A stretch of DNA of 64,000 nucleotides, taken from positions 43,216 to 107,215 of the forward strand of contig CAZQTW010000003.1 of the NCBI GenBank assembly GCA_964596165.1, in the 5' to 3' direction. The DNA is from an uncultured Planctomycetales bacterium (GTDB lineage: Bacteria; Planctomycetota; Phycisphaerae; UBA1845; JAFGLZ01). This document shows positions 55,328 through 64,000 of the stretch, in pieces. A program made the position numbers and the translations under genes. Below the pieces are notes generated by a model. It searched no databases, was not told the DNA's origin, and was given only the letters and a program-made list of their open reading frames with translations. Each line of letters begins with the position of its first letter. The first letter of the stretch is position 1.

Positions 55328-56746
55328 ATGAAGCCCTACAGTCTGGAAGAGCTTGCGGCGGCCATGGGGGCGAGGGCAATCGGACAGGCGGGCGCCTGCA
55401 CCGTGACGGGCGTCAGTACCGATTCACGCGAGGTCCGACGGGGCGATCTCTTCTTCGCGATCCGCGGCGACCGGTACGACGGACACCGGTTCGTGACGAA
55501 TGCGATCGACAGCGGAGCGATGGCTGCGGTCGTCTCCGATCTCGATCGGGTGCCGCGCGACTTGCACGATGCGGGTCTGCTGCTGCTGGTGGACGACACG
55601 ACGGCCGCGCTCAACCGATTGGCGGCGTTCCACCGGCGACAGGTTCGAGCCGCCGTGATCGGCATCACCGGCTCCAACGGCAAGACCACGACGAAAGAAA
55701 TGGTCCACCAGGTACTGAAAGTGAGATTGCGTGGGCGGGCGGCGCCCAAGAGCTTCAACAACAACATCGGCGTTCCGCTGACTCTGTTGTCGGTCGAACC
55801 CGACGACGACTATGTGGTGGCGGAGATCGGGAGCAACGCACCCAGCGAGGTCTCCCAACTGGCGGCCATCGCCTCGCCGGACGTCGGCGTCATCACGAGC
55901 GTGGGGGAGACGCACCTGGAACGTCTGAAGACCCTGGCGGGCGTGGCGGTCGAGAAATCGAGTCTCGTCGAGCATGTTCGAGAGGGCGGCTGTGCCGTCA
56001 TCAACGGGGAGTCGGATTTGCTGGTGGACGCCGTTCGCCGCCGCCGGGCGCGGCCCGAGCGAATCGTCCGGTTCGGACGAAGCGGCGACGTGGAATTGCG
56101 TGCGACGGATCTGGAGTCCGGACCCGATCACGTCAGGTTCCGCGTGAACGGGTCGTTGCCGGTGAATCTGCCGATACCGGGTCCGCACAATGCGCTCAAT
56201 GCCTTGGCGGCCTTGGCTGTGGGGCGAGAGTTGGGGATCGAGATGGCCGGCGGAGCCGCCCAACTGGCGCGTTTTACCGCTCCGTCGATGAGACTCGAGA
56301 CTCATCGTTACGGTAGACTGACGTTGATCAACGACGCCTACAACGCGAATCCGGCAAGCATGGCCGCGGCGTTGGACGTGCTTCGGAGTTGGCCGATCGG
56401 CTATCGCCGTTTCTTCGTGGCGGGTCAAATGCGGGAGCTGGGAGAGGCGAGCCCGGCGAAGCATGAGGAACTGGGACGTCAGGTGACGGCGGCGGGGATC
56501 GAGGTCTTCCTTGCGGTCGGGGAGATGGCCGACGTGACGGCAGAGGCGGCTCGTCGGAGCGGCCGATTCACCCAAGTCGAGACGGCCGCGAATCCGGCCG
56601 ACGCCGTCGCCGTACTGAAACGGGTTGTACGACCGGGCGACGTGATCTTGATCAAGGGGTCCCGTGCGGAGGGTCTGGAAGCTCTGGTTCCGACGATTCG
56701 GGAACTCGGCGAGACGATGCCGGCGGACCCCGGCACGGGTACATGA
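55328..56746 (+). CDS. murF: UDP-N-acetylmuramoyl-tripeptide--D-alanyl-D-alanine ligase
   Basis: VSTDSREVRRGDLFFAIRGDRYDGHRFV and ITGSNGKTTTKEM are present. Start at ATG 55328 (MKPYSLEEL). Confidence 0.92.
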   Translation: MKPYSLEELAAAMGARAIGQAGACTVTGVSTDSREVRRGDLFFAIRGDRYDGHRFVTNAIDSGAMAAVVSDLDRVPRDLHDAGLLLLVDDTTAALNRLAAFHRRQVRAAVIGITGSNGKTTTKEMVHQVLKVRLRGRAAPKSFNNNIGVPLTLLSVEPDDDYVVAEIGSNAPSEVSQLAAIASPDVGVITSVGETHLERLKTLAGVAVEKSSLVEHVREGGCAVINGESDLLVDAVRRRRARPERIVRFGRSGDVELRATDLESGPDHVRFRVNGSLPVNLPIPGPHNALNALAALAVGRELGIEMAGGAAQLARFTAPSMRLETHRYGRLTLINDAYNANPASMAAALDVLRSWPIGYRRFFVAGQMRELGEASPAKHEELGRQVTAAGIEVFLAVGEMADVTAEAARRSGRFTQVETAANPADAVAVLKRVVRPGDVILIKGSRAEGLEALVPTIRELGETMPADPGTGT

Positions 56747-56761
56747 GGAAACCGGTGATCG

Positions 56762-57901
56762 ATGCTGTTTCACCTGTTTGACTACATGGTGTCGGACCCG
56801 CGATATGCGTACGGCAGCGTGCTGTTTCGTTCGACCGTCGCCATTCTCGTGGGGTTCGCCGTGGTCTGGTTGTCCGGTCCCAAAATCATTCGTTGGTTGA
56901 TCAAGATGAAGATCGGCGATCGACCGGAGTTTGACCATGCCGAACTGAACAGACTGACCATGGGCAAGAGCAACACGCCCACCATGGGCGGCATCATCAT
57001 CATGCTGGGGATCCTCGTTCCCGTGTTGCTTCTGGCGAATCTCAAGAACTTCTACATTCACATGGCGCTGGTCTGTGCGGTCTGGCTGACGGTCTTGGGC
57101 GGCGTGGATGATTGGCTGAAGTTGACCATTGCCCGTCGCTCGGGCACGCGCAGCGGGGTGCGAACGTGGGAGAAGCTGATCTTCCAGTTGGCCTTGGGCG
57201 GCTTGTTGGCCTTCTTCATCTACCGCTACGGAAGCCGGAACGTGACGGCGGGCGAGGTCGGATACTTCAACGTGTTGAGCATTCCCTTCGTTCGGGGCGA
57301 CCCGCACCTGAACTGGGGCTTTCGACTGGCGATGCCGCTGTTCATACTCATCACGGTGCTCGTTATCGCCTTCACGAGCAACGCAGTCAACTTGACGGAC
57401 GGCATGGACGGCTTGGCAGCGGGTTGCACGGGTATGGTCAGCTTCGTCTTCATGGTTTTGGCCTATTTGGCCGGACATGAGTGGCTGCCGGGTTATCTCC
57501 GCCTCCCGCATATTCCTCGCGCCGAGGAGCTGGCCATCGTCTGCGGCTCCATGATGGGGGCGTGTCTTGGCTTTCTGTGGTACAATTGCCATCCCGCGCA
57601 GGTATTCATGGGCGACACGGGCTCGCTTCCTCTCGGCGGGCTCATCGGCTATGTCGCGATTGTCACACGTCAGGAGTTGATGCTCTTCATCGTCGGAGGC
57701 ATCTTCGTGATCGAAGCGGTCTCGGTCATTCTTCAGGTATCGTATTTCAAGCTCTCCGGCGGCAAGCGCATCTTTCGGGTGGCCCCCATCCACCATCACT
57801 TCAACCTGGGTGGGTGGACCGAGACACAAGTGGTCACGCGATTCTGGCTGTTGGCGGCCATATTCGCCGCCTTCGCCTTGGCGACGGTGAAGTTGCGTTA
57901 G
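56762..57901 (+). CDS. mraY: Phospho-N-acetylmuramoyl-pentapeptide transferase
   Basis: Motifs GGVDDWLK, NAVNLTDGMDGLA, MGDTGSLPLGG and PIHHHF are present. Confidence 0.95.
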   Translation: MLFHLFDYMVSDPRYAYGSVLFRSTVAILVGFAVVWLSGPKIIRWLIKMKIGDRPEFDHAELNRLTMGKSNTPTMGGIIIMLGILVPVLLLANLKNFYIHMALVCAVWLTVLGGVDDWLKLTIARRSGTRSGVRTWEKLIFQLALGGLLAFFIYRYGSRNVTAGEVGYFNVLSIPFVRGDPHLNWGFRLAMPLFILITVLVIAFTSNAVNLTDGMDGLAAGCTGMVSFVFMVLAYLAGHEWLPGYLRLPHIPRAEELAIVCGSMMGACLGFLWYNCHPAQVFMGDTGSLPLGGLIGYVAIVTRQELMLFIVGGIFVIEAVSVILQVSYFKLSGGKRIFRVAPIHHHFNLGGWTETQVVTRFWLLAAIFAAFALATVKLR

Positions 57902-57985
57902 CGCCGGACACGGCCGTCCGCCGACGGTTCGCCGGTTCGGACGGCCGATCGATCAGGATGAGGACTTGGGCAAGGATGCCAAACC

Positions 57986-59227
57986 ATGCGGACAAAACGT
58001 AACCCCTTCGCGTTTACGCCGACCTTTCTGCTGGTCATCACGGCCACGCTCATGGGGCTGGGCGCGGTCATGATCTTCTCAGCGAGCGCGACGTTGGAGG
58101 ACTCCGCCGTCGGACGGTCTTTCTGGCGCCTCGGATCGGTTCGGCAACTGGTCTTCATTCTTCTGGGCTTCGCTGCGTCGGTCATTGCGTCGACCATGCC
58201 TTACGCGTGGTTCCGAATACGTGGCCTGGCGGACCGCCACCGCTGGTTTCAGCCGAACGTCATGTTCCTTATCGCGACCTTCGCCCTTCTGGTTCTGGTT
58301 CTGATCCCGGGCATCGGTGTGGAACGAAATGCCTCGCGGCGGTGGTTGTTCCTCGGTCCCGCTCATATGGGTATTCGCTTCCAGCCATCCGAAGTAGCGA
58401 AGCTGGCGATGATCCTCTTCGTGGCGGGATGGTATGGTCGTCCTCGCGTGAACCCCGGCCGGTTCTTCCGGGGTTTGTTGCTGCCGGCGTCGGTTGTGGC
58501 GTGCTGCGCGGGGCTGGTGGGACTCGAGGACTTCGGGACGGCCGTGCTGCTCTTGACCGTGGGAGGGCTGCTTCTGTTGGCGGGAGGGAGTCGGCTGTGG
58601 CACCTTCTACTTCTCGCCATGCCGGCCTTGTGCGCGATGGGGTACCTTCTGGTCAGCAAGCCCTATCGATTGGCGCGACTAACCGGGTTCGTGAATATCT
58701 GGGAAGATCCGGGCGGAAAGGGATACCACGCCGTCCAGTCGCTTTGTTCGATCGCCGCCGGAGGGTGGTGGGGCACGGGGCTTGGCGCCGGCATTCAGAA
58801 GTACGGCTACCTGCCGGAAGCGCGAACCGACTTCATCTTCGCGATCATCTGTGAGGAGCTGGGTATCGTCGGCGGATTGGTCGTCGTCGGGCTCTTCATG
58901 GTGTTTGTCTGGCAGGGGCGCAAGGCGGCCGTATCCGCACCGGACATGTTCGGTCGGTTGCTCGCCTTGGGCGTGACCTTGACCATCGGTCTGCAGGCGG
59001 CGATGAACATCGCCGTCGTCACGGTGAGCATTCCGACGAAGGGCATCGCGCTTCCGTTGATATCGGCGGGCGGCTCGGGCGTGTTGTTCTTGGGCATTGG
59101 AATAGGGTTACTGGCCTCGGTCGCCCGGGCCGGTACGGCCTGGCGCGACTGGCTACAGGTCCGCCATGACCTCATCACACAGACCGCCGACCCGCTGCCC
59201 CCTACACGGGTGTCGGCCTATGCGTGA
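57986..59227 (+). CDS. ftsW: SEDS-family peptidoglycan glycosyltransferase FtsW
   Basis: 10-TM SEDS pattern with RFQPSEVAKLAMILFVAGW, TDFIFAIICEELG and LPLISAGGSG. It lies between mraY and murG. Confidence 0.9.
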   Translation: MRTKRNPFAFTPTFLLVITATLMGLGAVMIFSASATLEDSAVGRSFWRLGSVRQLVFILLGFAASVIASTMPYAWFRIRGLADRHRWFQPNVMFLIATFALLVLVLIPGIGVERNASRRWLFLGPAHMGIRFQPSEVAKLAMILFVAGWYGRPRVNPGRFFRGLLLPASVVACCAGLVGLEDFGTAVLLLTVGGLLLLAGGSRLWHLLLLAMPALCAMGYLLVSKPYRLARLTGFVNIWEDPGGKGYHAVQSLCSIAAGGWWGTGLGAGIQKYGYLPEARTDFIFAIICEELGIVGGLVVVGLFMVFVWQGRKAAVSAPDMFGRLLALGVTLTIGLQAAMNIAVVTVSIPTKGIALPLISAGGSGVLFLGIGIGLLASVARAGTAWRDWLQVRHDLITQTADPLPPTRVSAYA

Positions 59228-60338
59228 TCGTCCACTGACAATCTTCGCCGGCGGCGGGACGGGCGGTCATCTCTTCCCGGCGGTTGCGGTCGCCGAGGAA
59301 CTGCACCGGCTCGAGCCGAACGTCGAGATCGAATTCCTGGTGACCGATCGTCCTATCGACCAACAGATCCTGCGCGGCGGCGGCTGGACGGGGGTGCCTC
59401 AGTGCGTTCGGCCATTCACGTTCCGTCCCTGGCGCTGGCCGGTGTTCTGGTTGAGCTGGCACCGTGCGGTCGCCCATGCTCGTGAGCGAATGCGTCGTCG
59501 TCGCCCCGCCGTCGTGGTCGGTACCGGGGGGTATGCGGCGGGGCCTCCCATCCACGCGGCACATGGCCTGGGCATCACTACCGCGCTGCTGAACCCCGAT
59601 CTGATTCCGGGTCGTGCAAACCGCCATCTGTCCGCCAAGGTGGATGCCGTGTTCTGTCAGTGGGAGCCGACGGCCAAGCGGTTCCCAGACGTACCCCTTG
59701 TCGTGGCCACAGGGTGTCCGGTACGCCGTGCGTTTCTCGGTGTCAACCGAGACGAGGCCTGCCGGGTCTTCAACCTAGACCCCGCCAAGCAGACGCTTCT
59801 TGTGACGGGGGCGTCGCAAGGCGCCCGAACCGTCAACGAGGCAGTCCTCGCTTTGCTGGGCGATTTGAGGGGGCAATCCGGTCGGTGGCAGATCCTTCAC
59901 TTGAGTGGCACGCCGGATTTCGAGCACGTGAGGAGGGCGTACGAAGGTCGCTTTGACGGAGCCGTGGTCCTGCCCTTCACCGATCGGATGGCCGAGGCGA
60001 TTGCGGCGGCGGATCTGGTCGTCTCGCGTGCGGGCGCCTCCACCCTGGCGGAACTGACGGCGGTGGGGCGTCCATCCATCCTCTTGCCATACCCTTTCCA
60101 TCGGGACATGCACCAGAAGGCCAATGCCGAGGTCTTGCGGGAGGCCGGCGCGGCAGTACTGCTCGACGATCGAATCGAGCCACGGCTAAATGCCGAGAAG
60201 CTTCGCCCGATACTGCTCGAACTGATGATGTATCCTGAGCGGCTGGCCCGCATGGCCGCAGCGGCGCGAAAGATCGGTCGGCCGGAGGCTGCGGCGACGG
60301 TTGCTCGACATCTGCTTGAAATATCGCCAATTACCTAA
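59220..60338 (+). CDS. murG: Undecaprenyldiphospho-muramoylpentapeptide beta-N-acetylglucosaminyltransferase
   Basis: The N-terminus is IFAGGGTGGHLFPAVAVAEEL and the C-terminal region is VSRAGASTLAELTAVGRPSILLPYP. ATG 59220 overlaps the ftsW stop by 8 nt. Confidence 0.92.
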   Translation: MRDRPLTIFAGGGTGGHLFPAVAVAEELHRLEPNVEIEFLVTDRPIDQQILRGGGWTGVPQCVRPFTFRPWRWPVFWLSWHRAVAHARERMRRRRPAVVVGTGGYAAGPPIHAAHGLGITTALLNPDLIPGRANRHLSAKVDAVFCQWEPTAKRFPDVPLVVATGCPVRRAFLGVNRDEACRVFNLDPAKQTLLVTGASQGARTVNEAVLALLGDLRGQSGRWQILHLSGTPDFEHVRRAYEGRFDGAVVLPFTDRMAEAIAAADLVVSRAGASTLAELTAVGRPSILLPYPFHRDMHQKANAEVLREAGAAVLLDDRIEPRLNAEKLRPILLELMMYPERLARMAAAARKIGRPEAAATVARHLLEISPIT

Positions 60339-60565
60339 TCCATTTATAACCAACGACTTAATAGATCCACTCGTCGACAAGACGGCGACGTTTTGGTGGA
60401 GCGCTTTAGGGTCGTGGCCCGATAAAATATACGGTCTGAAAGCGCCGAGGGGCTTTGTTCTGCGCTGACGGGTTGAGACAATAGAGGCCGCGGATCCCTT
60501 CGCGCCTGGAGCGGTCGGGTCCAAGGGCAGGGGTATCTCTTCGAACGGATGGAGCGGGATTCGAC

Positions 60566-62002
60566 GTGACAACAAACACGGTCGTTCGTGATCGGGTTGG
60601 CGGGTCGGTATTGCCGGAGGGATCCGTCATGACCTTGGCCGGTCTGAGGGCGTACATGGTCGGCATAGGCGGGACGGGCATGTCGGGCCTGGCCGCCATG
60701 CTCCTGCGGAACGGCGCCGTGGTCACCGGCAGCGATCGGACGGAGTCCGGCGCGACGCTTCGGCTGTCGGAGGCGGGCGCGGAAATCTTCATCGGGCAAT
60801 GCCCCGCGAATTTACCCGAGCAGGTGGATCTCGTGGTCGCTTCCGCGGCGATCAAGGACACGAATCCCGAACTGATTGAGGCCCGCCGCCGGGGCTTGGA
60901 GGTCATCAAGTATGCGGAACTACTGGGTCGCATCATGCGCCAGTACAAGGGCATTGCGATTTCCGGCACGCACGGGAAGAGCACGACGACCGCCCTGTTG
61001 GCCTACATTCTGATGCGAGCGGGTTTGGATCCGAGCTTCGTGGTCGGTGCGACGGCCGGACAACTCGGTGGGGGCTCGGGGGCCGGAGGCGGCGAGTACT
61101 TCATCGCCGAGGCCTGCGAGTACGATCGGTCGTTCCTTAACCTCTCGCCGAAGATCGCGGCCGTGCTCAATATCGAAGAGGACCACCTCGACTGTTACCC
61201 CAACCTGGGCGCGATCGTGGATGCGTTCACGGCCTTCTGCTCGCGGGTGCCCGCGGATGGGCTGATCGTGGCGAACAATGAGGATCGTTCCGTTGCGACG
61301 GCCACGGCGGCGGCGCGAGCTCACGTAGAGCGGTTCGGGTTCGACTCCAAGGCGGATTGGTGGGCCGACACGCTGGCGGTGGAGCGCGGGCGGTTCTCTT
61401 TTGACCTGTTCTACAAGGGCGAATGTCTGGGGCGAATGCGGCTTCGACTGGCGGGCCGGCACAACGTGGCGAACGCGTTGGCGGCCGGCGCGATTGCCTG
61501 GCATTGCGGCGTTCCGCCGCAGGTATTGGCCGATGCCCTGTCGAGTTTCGAGGGCGCTCATCGGCGGATGACCGTTCGCGGGCAGTTTAACGGCGCCACG
61601 GTCGTGGATGATTACGCGCACCATCCGACGGCCGTCCAGGTGACGCTGAAAGCGATTCGCCAGGCCTTCGCGCCGCGGCGGTTGTGGGTGGTGTTCCAGC
61701 CGCATCAGCACTCGCGGACGCGCCTGTTGCTCAACGACTTCGCCCGAAGCTTTGGTCAGGCCGACGTGGTGATCGTTCCGGACATCTACTTCGTTCGCGA
61801 CAGCGAACAAGAGCGGAGCCTGATCGGCTCTCGGGATCTGGTGGAACGGATCGGGGCGAACGGCGGCGAGGCGATCTACCTGCCCGAGCTGTCGCAGGCC
61901 ACCGACTACGTTCGGCAAGGTGCACAACCGGGTGACGTCATCGTCACCATGGGCGCGGGCGACGTATGGAAGGTTGCCGATGAGCTTGTTCAGCGGTCTT
62001 GA
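60566..62002 (+). CDS. murC: UDP-N-acetylmuramate--L-alanine ligase
   Basis: MVGIGGTGMSGLA and ISGTHGKSTTTALLAYIL are present. The start is GTG 60566 or ATG 60629. Confidence 0.92.
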   Translation: MTTNTVVRDRVGGSVLPEGSVMTLAGLRAYMVGIGGTGMSGLAAMLLRNGAVVTGSDRTESGATLRLSEAGAEIFIGQCPANLPEQVDLVVASAAIKDTNPELIEARRRGLEVIKYAELLGRIMRQYKGIAISGTHGKSTTTALLAYILMRAGLDPSFVVGATAGQLGGGSGAGGGEYFIAEACEYDRSFLNLSPKIAAVLNIEEDHLDCYPNLGAIVDAFTAFCSRVPADGLIVANNEDRSVATATAAARAHVERFGFDSKADWWADTLAVERGRFSFDLFYKGECLGRMRLRLAGRHNVANALAAGAIAWHCGVPPQVLADALSSFEGAHRRMTVRGQFNGATVVDDYAHHPTAVQVTLKAIRQAFAPRRLWVVFQPHQHSRTRLLLNDFARSFGQADVVIVPDIYFVRDSEQERSLIGSRDLVERIGANGGEAIYLPELSQATDYVRQGAQPGDVIVTMGAGDVWKVADELVQRS

Positions 62003-62858
62003 AAACATTTGCCGGGACCATGTGCCATTGAGCGGGCTGACGTGGTACGGTCTGGGTGGGCCGGCGCGGTACTTGCTGCGTCCGACGACGGAGGACCAGC
62101 TCACGGAGATCGTACACCGCTGCCGCGAGAACGGCGTGCCGATGTACGTTCTGGGGATGGGGGCGAATCTGCTGGTGGGTGAGGCCGGCGTCAACGGCGC
62201 CGTCATCAAACTGGACGGCGAACACTTCAGCCAAATCGCGATCGACGGCGATCGGGTGGTTGTGGGGGCGGCGGCCGACCTGCGGCGCGTCATCATTCGA
62301 ACCGTTCGGGAAGGCCTGGCGGGTCTCCATTGTCTGGCCGGCATTCCGGGCACCACGGGCGGCGCGATTCGCATGAATGCCGGCGGCGCCTGGGGCGACA
62401 TCGGAAGTCTGGTCCAACGCGTTCATGTGATGGACGCCAACGGCCGCGTCTTCTGCCGCGAGCGGGACGAGCTGGTTTTCGAGTATCGCCGAACCAGTCT
62501 CGCAGACCCCTTGATTCTGGGCGCCGAGTTTCAGCTCACGGTGAGCGATCCGAAACAGGTGCTTCAGCAAGTGCGAGAGATCTGGACCTACAAGAAGAAC
62601 ACCCAGCCGTTGCGGGTCCGCAGCGCCGGTTGCGTGTTCAAGAACCCGCGCCAGATGTCGGCCGGGGCCCTGATCGATCAGGCGGGTCTGAAGGGATTGA
62701 GCTGTGGGGGGGCGATGGTCTCGACGCGGCATGCGAATTTCATCGTGGCTCGTCAGGGAACGAAGCCCTCCGACGTGCTCAAGCTGATTGCAATCGTCAG
62801 GGAGAAGGTGTTCGAGAAGTTCGGCGTTCACTTGGAGCTGGAGATTCAAGTGTGGTGA
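61980..62858 (+). CDS. murB: UDP-N-acetylenolpyruvoylglucosamine reductase
   Basis: WYGLGGPARYLLRP, LGMGANLLV and SAGCVFKNP are present. ATG 61980 overlaps the murC end by 23 nt. Confidence 0.9.
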   Translation: MSLFSGLENICRDHVPLSGLTWYGLGGPARYLLRPTTEDQLTEIVHRCRENGVPMYVLGMGANLLVGEAGVNGAVIKLDGEHFSQIAIDGDRVVVGAAADLRRVIIRTVREGLAGLHCLAGIPGTTGGAIRMNAGGAWGDIGSLVQRVHVMDANGRVFCRERDELVFEYRRTSLADPLILGAEFQLTVSDPKQVLQQVREIWTYKKNTQPLRVRSAGCVFKNPRQMSAGALIDQAGLKGLSCGGAMVSTRHANFIVARQGTKPSDVLKLIAIVREKVFEKFGVHLELEIQVW

Positions 62859-62860
62859 GG

Positions 62861-63802
62861 GTGGGGATCAAGCCGTTGAACGAGGAGCAGCGTGCGGTGC
62901 GGCCGTTACGGATCACGGTCTTAATGGGCGGTCCGAGCGCGGAACGAGAGGTTAGCTTGAACTCCGGTCGGGCGATTGCCGCCGCGCTGGAATCACTGGG
63001 CCACGAGGTTCGGTGCGCCGACATCGGTCCGGAAGACCTGTCGGCGCTGGATGAGCCGATGGACATGGCGTTTCTGGCCCTGCACGGCACATGGGGGGAG
63101 GATGGTCAGTTGCAGGCGATCCTCGAAAAGCGGGGCATCCGGTACTCCGGCTGCGATGCGAAAGCCAGCGCACTGGCGATGAACAAGGTGGAAACAAAGA
63201 GGCGGTTTCTGGAAGTCGGAGTCCCCACGGCTCCCTTCGAGCATGTGGTTTCGGTCAACCTGTCTGAGGTCGGCGATCGGTTCGCAATTCCGGCGGTGGC
63301 CAAGCCGGTCGCCGAAGGCAGCAGTGTGGGCTGCGAGATCGTCAAGACGCGCCGCGATCTGGTTGAGGCGTTGGCTCGACTGGTCGGGGGATATGGGGAG
63401 GCGTTGGTTGAGCGGTACATTGCCGGGACGGAGTTGACGGTCGGTATCCTGGGCGACCGGGCGCTCCCGCCTTGTCAGATCGTTCCCAAGAGCGAGTTTT
63501 ACGACTATCGCGCGAAGTACCAGGCGAACGATACCGAGTACGTCTTCGATCCCAGACTACCGTCGGAAACACTCTCCGAGGTACGGCGACTGAGCGTATT
63601 GGCATTCGAGGCGTTGGGTTGCCGCGACATGGCTCGAATCGACTGGATTGTCGAGTCCGGAACGCTGCAACCCTTCTGTCTTGAGGTAAACACGATTCCC
63701 GGCTTCACGGACCACTCGCTCTTGCCCAAGGCGGCGGCCCGGTGGGGAATCGGTTTCGCCGAGCTGTGTCAGCGGATTGTCGAGCTGACCATGGCTCGGT
63801 GA
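62861..63802 (+). CDS. ddl: D-alanine--D-alanine ligase
   Basis: ITVLMGGPSAEREVSLNSG, ALHGTWGEDGQLQAILE and the ATP-grasp C-terminus EVNTIPGFT are present. The start is uncertain: GTG 62855, GTG 62861 or TTG 62876. The track ORF from 62330 overlaps murB in another frame. Confidence 0.9.
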   Translation: MGIKPLNEEQRAVRPLRITVLMGGPSAEREVSLNSGRAIAAALESLGHEVRCADIGPEDLSALDEPMDMAFLALHGTWGEDGQLQAILEKRGIRYSGCDAKASALAMNKVETKRRFLEVGVPTAPFEHVVSVNLSEVGDRFAIPAVAKPVAEGSSVGCEIVKTRRDLVEALARLVGGYGEALVERYIAGTELTVGILGDRALPPCQIVPKSEFYDYRAKYQANDTEYVFDPRLPSETLSEVRRLSVLAFEALGCRDMARIDWIVESGTLQPFCLEVNTIPGFTDHSLLPKAAARWGIGFAELCQRIVELTMAR

Positions 63803-63872
63803 AGACAAGGTCTTGCGGTATGAACGGCATCGGGCACGGAAGCCCGCGCGAGGGGCTCAGGGAGGGCACGCG

Positions 63873-64000
63873 ATGTCCAAGAAGAGACGATCTCGGTCGA
63901 ACAGGGGGCCCTCATGGGCCTCCAGGGCATGGTCCCGCGCCGGAGCCGTGTCGTGGCGGCGCGTCCTGCGGGGCGTCTTCAACCTGGCGATGGTGGGCGG
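63873..64000 (+). CDS. 5' end of a CDS running off the window, possibly ftsQ
   Basis: GGAGGG lies 6 nt before ATG 63873. MSKKRRSRSNRGPSW...RRVLRGVFNLAMVG is a basic cytoplasmic tail entering a hydrophobic segment, as in FtsQ. The position after ddl matches dcw synteny. Only 42 codons are visible. Confidence 0.35.
   Translation, partial: MSKKRRSRSNRGPSWASRAWSRAGAVSWRRVLRGVFNLAMVG

Noticed and set aside
55424-57829. 801-aa minus-strand ORF
   Set aside because: It is antisense to murF and mraY, both unambiguous. It has no recognisable domain and a biased composition.

Overview
High-GC bacterial chromosomal window, roughly 60-65% GC by eye. It is densely coding on both strands and carries many long antisense shadow ORFs, as expected at this GC. 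I saw no rRNA, tRNA, CRISPR array, transposase or integrase. Lineage cannot be fixed from sequence alone; the gene content (several GT-C glycosyltransferases, PEP-CTERM-type EPS genes, an atypical dcw cluster) is only weakly suggestive of a PVC/Planctomycetota-like organism. Layout: (1) 0.2-15 kb: a Clp_N-repeat-only protein interrupted by an in-frame TAA, an RND/MMPL exporter, a GGDEF cyclase, metK, a GT-C+TPR glycosyltransferase, uvrA and pyk. (2) 15-38 kb, surface-glycan region: an ExeA-like ATPase divergent from Wza-like exporter / chain-length determinant / BY-kinase; then a GT-C / GT2 / CE4 deacetylase / YfhO-like module; a kinase-phosphohexomutase-aldolase operon; a 71-bp tandem repeat; then a Dpm1-like GT2, a 735-aa polytopic protein, a Wzt-like ABC ATPase with no permease, and two GT2s. 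(3) 38-45.3 kb: a minus-strand beta-oxidation operon (fadB-like, thiolase, two tandem acyl-CoA ligases) with a near-consensus promoter. (4) 46.3-48.1 kb: a coding-poor, lower-GC island. It holds a candidate ~0.6 kb non-coding transcript bracketed by an extended -10 promoter and a hairpin/T-run terminator, followed by an orphan 108-aa ORF. (5) 48.2-64 kb: a dcw cluster (mraZ, rsmH, LysM protein, ftsL-like, ftsI, murE, murF, mraY, ftsW, murG, murC, murB, ddl, probable ftsQ start) in which murD is absent from its canonical slot. The items most worth follow-up are the RNA candidate, the lipid-carrier glycosylation module, the LysM gene inside dcw, the missing murD, the tandem repeat and the interrupted Clp_N gene. 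All calls rest on reading the translated ORFs and the DNA by eye. Start codons are often uncertain, because the ORF track uses GTG/TTG starts and often over-extends N-termini. No database search was run.
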